From positions 4,216,001 through 4,280,000 of the forward strand of contig OX597820.1 in the NCBI GenBank assembly GCA_951406725.2: a stretch of DNA of 64,000 nucleotides, given 5' to 3'. How positions within the stretch are numbered: position 1 is the stretch's first letter; each line of letters starts with the position of its first letter. The stretch is from Octopus vulgaris (Eukaryota). Made by a program: the position numbers and the translations under genes. Shown one piece after another: positions 1 through 11,697 of this stretch. The notes below the pieces were generated by a model. It was given only the letters and a program-made list of their open reading frames with translations, was not told the origin of the DNA and made no database searches.

Positions 1-228
1 TCATTTATTTATTTATTCCTTTTCCAATTGCTATTTACATCCTTTAAAGTTTTTATACCAACAAAAAAATAATATACAATTACATATATACATGTCGAAA
101 TACTGATGTCCCAGAATCCCATGTGGCAGTGAGCCAAGCACATTATGAATATATTTAACCTAAAAAGGTATTCTCTTGTGACCTACAAAACAACAACTTG
201 TGTATTTGCATTTGAAACTTCCAGAATC

Positions 229-1440
229 ATCATCATCATCATCATTTAGCGTCCGTTTTCCATGCTAGCATGGGTTGGACGGTTCAACTGGGGTCTGGGG
301 AGCCCGAAGGCTGCACCAGGCCAGTCAGATCTGGCAGTGTTTCTACAGCTGGATGCCCTTCCTAACGCCAACCACTCCGAGAGTGTAGTGGGTGATTTTA
401 TGTGCCACCGACACAGGTGCCAGACGAGGCTGGCGAACGGCCACGCTCGGATGGTGTTTTTATGTGCCACCGACACAGGTGCCAGACGAGGCTGGCAGAC
501 GGCCACGCTCGGATGGTGTTTTTATGTGCCACCGACACAGGTGCCAGATGAGGCTGGCGGACGGCCACGATCGGATGGTGTTTGTTACGTCCCCAAAGCA
601 CGGAGGCCAGTCTATGCGGTACTGGCTACGGCCACGTTCGGATGATTTTCTTGTGTGCCACCGGCACTGGTACCACAAAGATACAAATTCCATTGATGTT
701 CATCTATTTTGATTTGTTTTGATTTGATTTGATTTGATTTGATTTTCACTTGCCTCAACAGGTCTTCACAAGTGTCACAAGAAGGAAGGTATGCACAGGT
801 GGACTGACTACGTCCCAGGTAGGGGCCACGGGTTATGGCCTGACTAGTCTTGCCGGGTCTTCGGATGGTGTTTTTATGTGCCACCGACACAGGTGCCAGA
901 TGAGGCTGGCGAACGGCCACGATCGGATGGTGTTTGTTGCGTGCCCACAGCACGGAGGCCAGTCGATGCGGTACTGGCTACGGCCACGTTCGGATGGTTT
1001 TCTTGTGTGCCACCGGCACTGGTACCACAAGATACAAATTCCATTGATGTTCATCTATTTTGATTTGATTTGATTTGATTTTCACTTGCCTCAACAGGTC
1101 TTCACAAGTGTCACAAGAAGGAAGGAAGGTATGCACAGGTGGACTGACTACGTCCCAAGTAGGGGCCATGGGTTATGGCCTGACTAGTCTTGCCGGGTCT
1201 TCGGTTGGTGTTTTTATGTGCCACCGACACAGGTGCCAGATGAGGCTGGCGGACGGCCACGATCGGATGGTGTTTGTTATGTGCCCACATCACAGAGGCC
1301 AGTCGATGCGGTACTGGCTACGGCCACGTTCGGATGGTTTTCTTGTGTGCCACCGGTACTGGTACCACAAAGATACAAATTCCATTGATGTTCATCTATT
1401 TTGATTTGGTTTGATTTGATTTGATTTGATTTTGATTTGA
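229..1440 (-). mobile_element. RTE LINE 3' end with (GAT)n tail and tandemly triplicated ~340-bp 3'UTR segment
   Basis: Same 3'UTR and tail as the copy at 45076-46003, which is attached to the RTE ORF C-terminus. Units restart at ~509, 861 and 1201. Confidence 0.85.
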
Positions 1441-1843
1441 TATCAAGAATAAATATGCAATTGTGTATGTGTGGCTGTGTGTGTGTATTCATTCACATGC
1501 AAACATATGTGTAATGATCTTAAGCTTGTAAGAGCAAAATGACAAAAAACTTTTACACACTGGGACGCAGAGGCCAAATTATTCTTCATTTAGGAACGTA
1601 TTAAAATTTCTGGTCCGAAGGGCAACAGCTACAAGTGTAGAATGCAAAAAATGTATTTCAGACAACATAACATGTCCATTGCTGTGGTGAACTAGAATTT
1701 TTGAAACAGCTGTTAAGGCTGCAAGAAAGATGTCGCCCATTCTGTTCAGAGAAAATGAAGAGAATTTCAAGTTGGAAAAATATATGTAAACCTATGAAGT
1801 AGAGACAGAAACCTGGCAAATTTACCCAATTCTCTGTAGAGAT

Positions 1844-1893
1844 GAACAGCCCTAATTAAGTTTCGACCCTTACTGGGGTCTCATCAGGGGTTC
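1844..1893 (-). ncRNA. Minimal type I hammerhead ribozyme-like motif on the ELOVL sense strand
   Basis: ccc-CTGATGA-gaccc(cagtaa)gggtc-GAAA-cttaat-TA-ggg. Core and stem II are perfect; stem III is near-palindromic with one mismatch. Confidence 0.65.
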
Positions 1894-3099
1894 TACATGA
1901 TTTGACCAATCCAACAGAAACAAGAAGACAATGCGATTACATACACACATATCAAATTCATTGGCTTCAGAAGACTGGAACTAGTTCAGCAGCAAATGAA
2001 GAAGGGTTTTTAACTCCTACTGTCTAGAAGAGAGTTATCTCCCTTGCCACATTTTGCTTTTGGGATACATTTATTTGCCTACAAAATGGGTAACGAGGAG
2101 CAAGAAGTAGAGATGGAGAGAAAACGACCTGAAATTCTGGAAGGATTCAAGATACAAAAAAAAAAAAAGAAAAAGAAAAAGTAGGTGCATACTAAAATTA
2201 TAAAAATATATATAATAAGACAATAAAATAAGCAATGCCCAAAAGTTTGCTACAGAAAAATTAAATCAATCCCTAAGTGAAATGGTGCTATGGAGGATAC
2301 ATGCAGTTTTTAAGGATGATGCTTTTCTTGTGTGCAGGGGTTTGTGAAGGTCTCCAGTTTGGTATTAAAATAAAAACCTGGTTTTTATGAGTTAGAAACA
2401 AACAAAAAAAAATGTTGTTCTTTTCTGCAATACACAGCCTGCATCATTTACTAGCATTCACCAATCTGTCGATGTCCCTTGGCATGGTTTCTATGACTGG
2501 ATGCCCTTCCTAATGCCAACCACTTTACAGAGTGTACCAAATACTTTCTACTTGGTACCCGTACTAGTGAGGTCACCAAGTACCATGCTTTTTTTTTTTT
2601 ACCATCAAAATTGATTCCATATCAGATGGAATATTGATCGAAACCAATCAGTGCTTCATTATCCTGGACATGTATCAGTGTTTTGGTGACGAGGAAGACC
2701 GTGTAATTCTAAGCAATCCATGGACTTTCCACAACATTTGCTTGGAGTAGAAATATTGATGGTACCACTCCACTGTTGGTAATTTATAGTCTTTCAGTAA
2801 GATAAAAACATTTGCAATCAACAAAGCACACGGTCTTCTACCGTAGCCTTGAGAGAAATTTAGGAGACGGAAAGTGAACGAAAGTCCATTGATCCGATTC
2901 TTATGTGGTAGACTTAATCCAACATCTGGTTTAACACCACCTCCTGGCCCTTAGGTGTCTGAAATGGATCCCATTCCATTTAGGCCGAGTCTCCTGTCAG
3001 AGGATAATCTTTTCTCATTAGTAACTGAGGCTGAAAATGGAATCATAGGCCCTGCTCTCTAAGACAGTAAAAACACACACATACACATTTAAAAAAAAA

Positions 3100-3375
3100 C
3101 AAACTGACTGGCTCCCGTGCTGGTGGCACGTAAAAGGCACCATTCGAGTGTGGTCGATGCCAGTACTGCCTGATTGGCCCATGCTGGTGACTCATAAAAA
3201 GCACCACTACACTCTTGGAGAGGTTGGTGTTAGGAAGAGCATCCAGCTGTAGAAACATTGCCAGACCAAATTGGAGTCCGGTGCAATCTCCTGGCTTGCC
3301 AGTCCCCAGTCAAACCGTCCAACCCAGGCCAGCATGGAAAGTGGACATCAAACGATGATGATGATGGTGTTGATG
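3100..3375 (+). mobile_element. RTE LINE 3' end fragment
   Basis: gtggcacgtaaaa...gcatccagctgtagaaac...ccgtccaaccc...(gat)n. Confidence 0.8.
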
Positions 3376-3417
3376 AAAATTAAATATTAAATACAAGAAT
3401 GTAAGAAAGCTACTCAC

Positions 3418-3523
3418 CCGGTACAAACTTGACACCAAACCACCACATAAACGGTAAGGCACCATGATGGAAAACATGCAGGAATGATATGTGACCAAAT
3501 TTCTTCCTCAGGATGAAAAATAA
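3418..3523 (-). CDS. ELOVL1/7: ELOVL1/7-like exon (106 bp; [36 protein letters not shown])
   Basis: ttccttgtag acceptor and G|gtgagt donor. Contains the catalytic histidine box HVFHH and WWFGVKF. In frame with the three upstream exons. Confidence 0.95.
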
Positions 3524-3957
3524 CTACAAGGAAATGTAAATATTATAATATGAATTAATATTTCTTTAAATGTGAAATTTTCTTAAACAGAAAATCTTTA
3601 TCACAATTTATAGCACTATATTACAATTCAAACAGATTTTTTTTTCTTCTGGGCTCCTGAAATGTTATATACTCGACTGTATGAACAAGAGCATCTTGTC
3701 TGCCAAAATACCATTTTAGTGTAGAACAGTATGAAGCTAGACGCTCATGAGGATGAAAGGTAAAGTTAACCTTGATAGAGTTTGAACTATAGGTGGTTGT
3801 AATGTTTCAGTCAATGAACCACCCGTCTTAATTGGACTCATCCAAGGTCCTGTTCGGAAGCTAAACTGATGCAGAACAAATTATTGAGATTTTTTGGTTG
3901 AAATTCGTAAGAAAGTCAGAGAGAGCTTATTGTTGTAGTTAAAGGAATTGTACTTAC

Positions 3958-4014
3958 TGTATCAAAGAACTCGATAAACTTTGAGAAGAAGAACAGCCAA
4001 GATACTTTAGCCAT
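3958..4014 (-). CDS. ELOVL1/7: ELOVL1/7-like exon (57 bp; MAKVSWLFFFSKFIEFFDT)
   Basis: ttttcag acceptor and ACA|gtaagt donor. Contains the conserved ELO KxxExxDT motif. Too short to appear in the ORF track; read manually. Confidence 0.93.
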
Positions 4015-4189
4015 CTGAAAAGATATTAAATTATGGGAAAAGCAAAATAATGAATTATGTGAGAGACTTAAAATATTTAAGTTTGGGGAATAATAAATTT
4101 AGATCCTGTACTTTTGAGTGGGTTGGTTATGCGACACCGGTGTAGGTTACAGCTGTGAACTCACTTTATTTGCCAGGGGCAACTTGCTG

Positions 4190-4574
4190 TGCTTGAGGAG
4201 ACCGATTGAGTCAAGAGCATCAATATCAAAGTCAAATCAAATGGAAATTGTAGTTGTGATCTCCGTACCGGTGGCATGTAAAAAGCACCATCCGATTGTG
4301 GGTGATGCCAGTGTCGCCTTGACTGGCTTCTATGCCGGTGGCATGTAAAATGCACCATCCGATTGTGGTTGATGCCAGCTCCTCTGGCCCGTGCCGGTGG
4401 CACGTAAAAAGCACCCACTACACTCTCAGAGTGGTTGGCATTAGGAAGGGCATCCAGCTGTAGAAACACTACCAGATCAGATTGGGGCCTGATGCAGCCT
4501 TCTGGCTTCCCAGACACCAGTCGAGCCATCCAACCCATGCCGGCATGGAAAACGGACGTTAAATGATGATGATG
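4190..4574 (+). mobile_element. RTE LINE 3' end fragment
   Basis: Same family 3'UTR, ending in aaatgatgatgatg. Confidence 0.82.
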
Positions 4575-5218
4575 GACAAGCAAAAATAAAAAAAAATCTT
4601 TGTTAGATTTCTTTCTGTTTCATCAGGATTTTATGCCTGTCTTTTAATGCTTTCAAGGATTGTTCAAGTCTTTCCCAGCACAAACATATCACCCTTTATT
4701 ATAGTAATTCACCATCCTCTTCAGAAAGGTTTAATCTTCCGTTCTCAACTTTCACCAATTCTTCCTAAATGTTCCTCTTTCATAACTTCTGCTAACATTA
4801 TCACTAGGCACTTCTGTATCCAGCTGGTGCACTTTATAAGTATCGCATGTCCATACCAACACAGTTTCCTCACTTATACATGATATCGGATGCTTATTAC
4901 ACATCCTGTTTTGTTTCTAGAAATTTGATACCAATATTTTGCTACCATATAACACCACATTTTTTACACAACCATCATGAGGTCAACTGCTTACTTGTAG
5001 AGAGAAGCCCTCTGTTGCTTAATAACTCCTGAAACTTTTTCCATCCAGTTATTACTCTAATTAACCAGACTTTCAGAAACACCCACCTCCAGTGCTAATT
5101 AAGTTACTCAGGTAATAGAGATGAAGACATCACCGACATCTAAAGAATGTTCTGAGCATTTGGAAGAATCTGTTTCACAGCAGTTCTTGTTGTTAACAAC
5201 TCTTGTCTATCTGCCACA

Positions 5219-5463
5219 GCGCAATCACCACAGGAGCAAAGACAGCCGAGGAGAGACGGATTCAGTCAGCAGAACAGAAACGCCAGATGCGGAAAGCCAG
5301 AGCCACCTGCACCAATAGCACAGTCCCTACCCACTTCTGCCCCACCTGTGGGAGGGGCTTTCTTGCCCGGATTGGCCTCACCAGCCACCTCCGGTCTCAT
5401 AGCAGCAATTCCACCAAATGATGTCAATGGTCATCTTCGAACCCGAAGGACGAACATTATTAT
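5219..5463 (+). mobile_element. 5'-truncated RTE/BovB-like LINE 3' end with C-terminal C2H2 finger
   Basis: Peptide ...KRQMRKAR...CPTCGRGFLARIGLTSHLRSH*, an (ATT)n tail, and an 11-bp TSD tatctgccaca at 5208-5218 and 5464-5474. Confidence 0.85.
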
Positions 5464-5842
5464 TATCTGCCACATACAAAGCCCTTCTCTCACAGGCTGC
5501 CCGTAATTTCACAGTATCTGTTGTGAATCTATAATTTACATAGGCTGCACAGTTCCAAGCCCCATTTTACCCCCTTTTTACACAGTTAAAGTGTCCAAAT
5601 TCTTACACTGAAATCATCATGGATTCGATTATGAGATGAATAATGTCATACACTTTACCAGCAGCACAACAGTAACCATGTTTATGGTTGACTTCTCATG
5701 CAGACATGGCTGTGGAGGTGAAACATTGCTTTGGAACTACATATTATCAGGTTCAATCCCACAAAATGGAACTATGGGCATCTTCTGCCACAGACCAAAG
5801 TTTTCGAAGAAAAATTTGAAAGAAGAAAATTGTATCGAAGTG

Positions 5843-6150
5843 TAGTTCTATATTTAAGAGATGAGGAATTATGTGTATTATTTACATTTGATGGATATTT
5901 GTCCTCATCTTGTTTGTTGTTAACGGGCATATGGTGTAATGGTTAAGAGTGCCGGCTACTAACCCCAAGATTCTGAGTTCGATTCCAGGCAGTGACCTGA
6001 ATAATAATAATATCGAAAAATACCTTAGGAATTAGAAACCAGGTTTGAAATTTCCCCAAGACACCTGATGCAGGCTGGAGGGTATATCAGCTGAAACATT
6101 GTGTTAACAACAAACAAGATGAGGACAAATATCCGTCGAATGTAAATAAT
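5843..6150 (+). mobile_element. tRNA-headed, hammerhead-bearing non-autonomous Penelope-like element, copy A
   Basis: Inverted 3'-end segment (5843-5924), tRNA-like head (5925-5998), (AAT)n, mutated hammerhead (6060-6105). Degenerate TSD gtatcgaagtgt / gtatagaagtgt. Confidence 0.75.
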
Positions 6151-6913
6151 GCGTATAGAAGTGTGTTGAAGTGAGAGTAGCAGGGATGTGAAACTGAATC
6201 TCTGGATGCCCAGTCAGACATCACAACTGAACCACAGCTGTTTCACCTGATCAGTCCATCAAGCAATCAATCAGTATCAAGCCTGAATCTTCCTCTTGGA
6301 CCCTACAAAAGGCTACATTTGGTGCTAATTTATGACAGAATTAGGGTTAATTAACAGCTGAGCGATATGTACCTCCATTCTTGCCACAACAGCTGGTACC
6401 AGATATCTGAGCAGACATCTCCAGGTTCTTGGACCGACTGAACTAAACATTCACAAAATGTCTCAGGCATGTTTTTTTTATCCTTCTCTTCCAGGATGAA
6501 ATTATTAATGCTGTAACCTTGTGTGTCACACATAAAGTCACACATTGTCACAATAAAATCTTGTCATATGTTCACAGCTGATGTTCAGTTACTTTTCACG
6601 CAGCCCCAAAAACATGTTTTCATTCATCAATCACAGACTAGCCAACACCCAGCTGAAAGGAGCATCGGCTAGCATTTTGGGGGTCCTTTTAGAGGGGATC
6701 ACCCTCTTGCAGGTATTGGAGCCAAGTCTCTGCTTTGTGGTTGGCTTCCACCAATTTAGTCTCCAAGTCCCTATAAAAGTTCCTGGGCACAGATTTTCCT
6801 TTTCCAACCAAGTCATTAAAACACACACACACACATTACATAAATACATATAATTAAGAATAATGAAGACTGCAATAATTTGCAGTTAGAATGAAGACTG
6901 GAAAATTACTCAC

Positions 6914-6997
6914 CCGTATTGCCTGTGGAGTGTAGGAGTAATCGACAGGCTGACAGCCAAGACTATAAGTTCCTGTTAGCCAACCGGAAAGAAGAAA
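6914..6997 (-). CDS. ELOVL1/7: ELOVL1/7-like exon (84 bp; FLLSGWLTGTYSLGCQPVDYSYTPQAIR)
   Basis: tttcctttgcag acceptor and CGG|gtgagt donor, phase 0/0. The FL.SGW...Y...C.PVDYS..P.A.R pattern is typical of ELOVL1/7. Confidence 0.92.
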
Positions 6998-8739
6998 CTG
7001 CAAAGGAAAAGACATCCAGGGGTCAGTTTGGTTCATTGCCAATGTTAACATACCCGACTACACACACACAAACTATATACCATCAAATTGAGGATAGAGA
7101 AGGGGGTGTTCAGATAAGGAACAAGGAAATTTGAACTCTAAGGTCCTTAAGAGCAACCTTCCATACAAAGTTTGAATTTTGTTTTAGGAAAGAACTCTCT
7201 TGTATTAATTCATGTGTGTGTGTGTGTTGTCATCACCATCGTAATCGTTTAATGTCTGTTTTCCATGTTGGCATGGGTTGACAGAAACTGGCAAAGTCAG
7301 GAGACACACCAGGTTCCATTGTCTCTTTTGGTAGGGTTTCTATAGCTGGATGCCCTTCCTAATGCCAACCACTTTACAGTGATGTGACACCAGCACCAGA
7401 ACTCTTTATTTGGCACCAGTAACAGTGTTTTCTTTTTCCACATGAAACCAGCACTGGGCTATTAAATAATTGTACGAAGCAGCGTTGAATGGTGATGTTT
7501 AAACTCTCTCATGTCTGTTTCGCTGCAGAAATAGAATCGGGAGAAATTGCTCCTCTTCTACAATGTGCGAAAACAAACTGGGGCCACAAATAAGGGGTCA
7601 CTGGATTGTGGTGTGCATGCTTTTCTGCACTGTTACACATCATCAACTGCAAATACCAATCCATTGTTGACAGTCCAACCAGAATGATAGTTCTGTGAGA
7701 TAAGTGCAGAAAACAGTAAAAAAAAAAATATATATATATATATGCATATTTTACTCTTATTTTTTTTGTGTTTTGACAGCAGCCATGCTGGAGCACTGCC
7801 TTTAGTCAACCAAATTGACCCTAGAACTTATTTTTGTCAGTCTAGTACTTATTCTGTCGGTCTCTTCTGCCAAACCGCTAAGTTAAGGGGATGTAGACAC
7901 ACCAACATCAACTGTCAAGAGATGGTGTGGGGGACAAACAGACACACACACACACATATATGTATATATATGACGGGCTTCTTTCAGTTTCCATCTACCA
8001 AATCCACTCACAAGGCTTTGGTCGGCCTGAGGCTATAGAAGAAGACTCTTGCCCAAGATTCTGCACAGCGTGACTGAACCCAGAACCATTTGGTTGGTAA
8101 GCAAGCTACTCACCACACAGCCACTCCTGCGCTACATATTATATTATAGGTGTAAGCACGGCAGGATGGTTAAGCACTTCATTTCACAATCACATGTTTT
8201 CAGGTACAGCCTTACTGCATGGCACAAATATCTCTTGTAGTCCAGGGACAACTACTGCCTTACGAGTGAATTTCTTAGATGGAAACTGTATGGAATACCG
8301 TTGAGTGTGTATATATGAAAAAGCATGCATGGGAGAGTATGTCATCTTTGTCATTCGCTGTTTGACAACTGGGGTTCGTTAGTGTCCACATGACTTAATC
8401 ATTCAGCAAGAATAGATTGATACAGTAGATAGTGGGACAAAGGAGATTGACTCAATACTCCTTTAGGCTGGTGCCCCAGTATGGCTGCTGTCCAATGATT
8501 GAAACCTGAGAAATAATAAATGAACAAAAAGGGGAGTAATTTAAGTATAGAAGGGTGCCAACACCAATCGCTGAATCTTGCAATCCCCACAACACACACA
8601 CACACATATATATATGCATGCACATATACACACATCACATCTTCACCATTTCCTCTTATTCCTGTTCTGATATTCATATTCTAACCTCTCCTAGCAGAAA
8701 CCAATCACCCTGAATGCTACTTCCCACCAGCTCTGTTTT

Positions 8740-9977
8740 CTGAGCATCTGTGGTGTCTATTGCCCCTGTGCATCTGCAGCACACGAAAGCTAACTTCTCA
8801 GTTAATTTTCCTTTGATGTTGCTGCACCTCTTATGTGTCCATAGCTTACACTGGGTACATCTTATGAAGTTTCTACCTACACCTTTTCTATAGACTGAGC
8901 AGGGCCACCTACCTGAGGGGTGTGTGGTGAGTTCGCCTTCCTACTTACTAGAACTTTGGTCTTTGCTATGTTGACGCTAAGGCCTTTTGATTCTAAACCT
9001 TGCTTCCACACCAGAAATTTCTAATCCTAATACTCATTGCTAATCCTAACCTTACTAACAGCCTCTCTGTAAAGGGCCTGTACAGCCCTTATTAACCATT
9101 CGTCAATCTCCAGTTTCCGCATCGCCCACCAGATAAGGGATTGGGGGACCCTGTCAAAGGCTTTCTCCAAGTCCACAAAAGCTAAGTATAGGGGTTTATC
9201 GTTAGCTAGGTATTTCTCCAGCAGTTGTCGAACCAGGAATATGGAATCAGTGGTGCTTCTACCTGGCACAAAACTGAACTGCATCTCATCTAAGCAGACT
9301 CCCTCCCTGATGAGATGGGCTATGACCTTCTCTGTAACCGTCATCATCTGATCCAGCAGTTTGATACCCCTGTAGTTATTCCTATCTAAAGCATCACCTT
9401 TACTCTTGAAGCAGTTGACTATGGTGCTGCTACGCCAGTCATTGGGTATGACTCCATTATGAACTACCTGGTTTACAATGCGGGTGACTAGGCCATAGCC
9501 CACACCACCAGATGTTTTAAGCATCTCAGCAGTGATTCCTGATGGGCCGGGATCTTTTCCTGGTTTCATACCCTTAATTGCCTTAACTACTAGGGAGCTG
9601 TCTATTCGGATAGCTGGTTCCTCTACTGGGTCAACATTTGGCAGGCTCTCCTCCTCCCATTCATTCTCCACATTCAGCAGTCTCTCATAATGGCTTCTCC
9701 AAGCCTCTTTCTTTTCAGAAACATTAAAAGCAAGTGCACCATCATCCATGCGGACGCATTTCTCTCCTGTAACATCACTATTTTCTCTCACACACTGTCT
9801 TGCAATCCGAAATACCTCAGTTCTTTGGCCTGCATGTCACTGGACATTGGCAAACTTCTTTTCCGCTTCGCTCTTGGCTATGTATACCTGCCACCCAGCC
9901 TAATTTTTGGCTACCTGGTACAGTTCCCTGCTACCCCAACCCTTCCAAGCTTTCCAGGCCTGTTTCTTTGCTCTAAT
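8740..9977 (-). pseudogene. Truncated RTE-clade LINE ORF fragment (RT N-terminal half)
   Basis: ORF 9027-9791 contains NYRGIKLL, MQFSFVPGRSTTDSIF and [24 protein letters not shown] continues upstream until it is cut by the microsatellite. Contains stops and frameshifts. Confidence 0.88.
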
Positions 9978-10029
9978 ACATATAAATATATATACATACA
10001 TATATACATGTAAATATACATACCTATAT

Positions 10030-10060
<31 letters not shown>

Positions 10061-10256
10061 CATATATATATACATACATATATATATATATACATACATA
10101 TATATATATATACATACATATATATATATATACATACATATATATATATATACATACATATATATATATATATATACATACATATATATATACATACATA
10201 TATATATACATACATATATATATACATACATATATATATATATACATACATATATA

Positions 10257-10288
<32 letters not shown>

Positions 10289-10420
10289 CATACATATATA
10301 TACATACATACATACATATACATACATACATACATATACATACATACATACATATATATACATACATACATATATATACATACATACATATATATACATA
10401 CATACATACATACATATATA

Positions 10421-10454
<34 letters not shown>

Positions 10455-10515
10455 CATACATACATACATACATATATACATACATACATACCTATACATA
10501 CATACATATATATAC

Positions 10516-10548
<33 letters not shown>

Positions 10549-10572
10549 CATACATATATATATACATACATA
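9978..10572. repeat. Compound (TA)n/(TACA)n microsatellite, 5' flank of the LINE
   Basis: Directly visible. It produces the spurious YI/HT/MYV ORFs. Confidence 0.97.
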
Positions 10573-11697
10573 TGTTCTTTCAAACAGAAAATAATTAAAA
10601 AAACAAAAAAGATATAAAAATATAAAAATACGCGGTATTCTATCTTTATAATCTTTATAATTTCGTGCCTGCCACGCACTCTCTCTTTCTCTTTTTACAT
10701 TTCTATTTCTATCTCTCTCATACATTTTTATTATTTGTTATCATTAGTGTTCTTTCAAACAGAAAATAATAATTAAAAAGATATAAAAATACGCGCTATT
10801 CTATCTTTATAATCTCTCCCTCTCTTTCTTACATTTCTATTTCTATCTCTCTCATACTGTTTATACCTTATCTGTCTCCCCATCCACCAGACCCTCTATT
10901 TCCGCTCTCACTCTCCCCTCCTCCCTCTCTCTCCCTCTGCAATCGTTTCTCTTTCTGCATCTCTCTCAGATCAACTTTCTCTCACCTCACCCCCTCTCTC
11001 AGTTCCTCAACTTCACTCATTCTCTCTTGTATCTATATACCGCCCTCTTTCTCTCTCTCTCTCTCTGTTACTCCCCCTCCCTCTCTCTGCCTCTTTCCTC
11101 TCCGCTCCTTCACAGGTCAAACCCCTTTTCCTCTTCCCCTTCTGTCCCCTTATTTCTTTCTCTACACCACCCTCCCTGTCCCATTACTACACTCTGTTGC
11201 GCCCCCTCTCTTCCTCTTCCCCCCTTTTTCCTTCCTACCTTTCCTCTCCCTGTTCCCTCTAAGGCTCACCACCCCCCTGTCTCTTTTTCCTCTCTCTGTC
11301 TCCTTCCTCCACACCACCCTCTCTGTCCCTTTACTTCACTCCCTGGTACCTCTATCCTGCCCTCTCTCTCTCTCCCTCTCCATTTCATCTCTCTCTTCCT
11401 CTCCATTTTATCTCTCCGCCTTTCTTCTCCCTGCCCCCCCTAGGGTCCACCCTCTTGTCTCACTTTTCCACCCTGTCCCTTTCTACTACACCTCTATCCC
11501 GCTCACTCTCCCCCTGCTGACCTGCCATTCTCTCACCTTTCTCTTTTTTCCCTCTTATTTTCTCTCTTTCTCTCTTCTCTCAGGAAAATCCCCTCGTCTC
11601 TCTCTCTATCCCCCCTGGCTTTTCTCCTTTCTCTTCTCCCTCTCCATATCTCTCCTTCTCTATCTCTCTCTCTGTTCCTATATTTCACTAGAAGAAA

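Noticed and set aside
262-645. Recurrent peptide QSDLAVFLQLDALPNANHSESVVG in many short ORFs
   Set aside because: Antisense translation of the RTE 3'UTR repeat.
386-1400. Regularly spaced gtgccaccg repeats suggestive of a CRISPR array
   Set aside because: The spacers are themselves repeated, the context is a eukaryotic RTE 3'UTR, and there are no cas genes.
5203-5421. C2H2 zinc-finger gene exon
   Set aside because: Bounded by a TSD and an (ATT)n tail; it is the C-terminus of an RTE/BovB-like ORF.
5925-5998. Possible genuine tRNA gene (also 26215-26288, 49346-49416, 52217-52290)
   Set aside because: Acceptor and T stems pair poorly, there is no oligo-T terminator, and the copies diverge and sit inside a repeat. 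Treated as a tRNA-derived head.
9900-10679. Long ORFs rich in YI/HT/MYVC (also 15600-16170)
   Set aside because: These are translations of stop-free microsatellite, not proteins.
11027-11443. Pro/Ser/Leu-rich 138-aa ORF upstream of ORF1
   Set aside because: By-product of the polypyrimidine tract; it has a non-ATG start.
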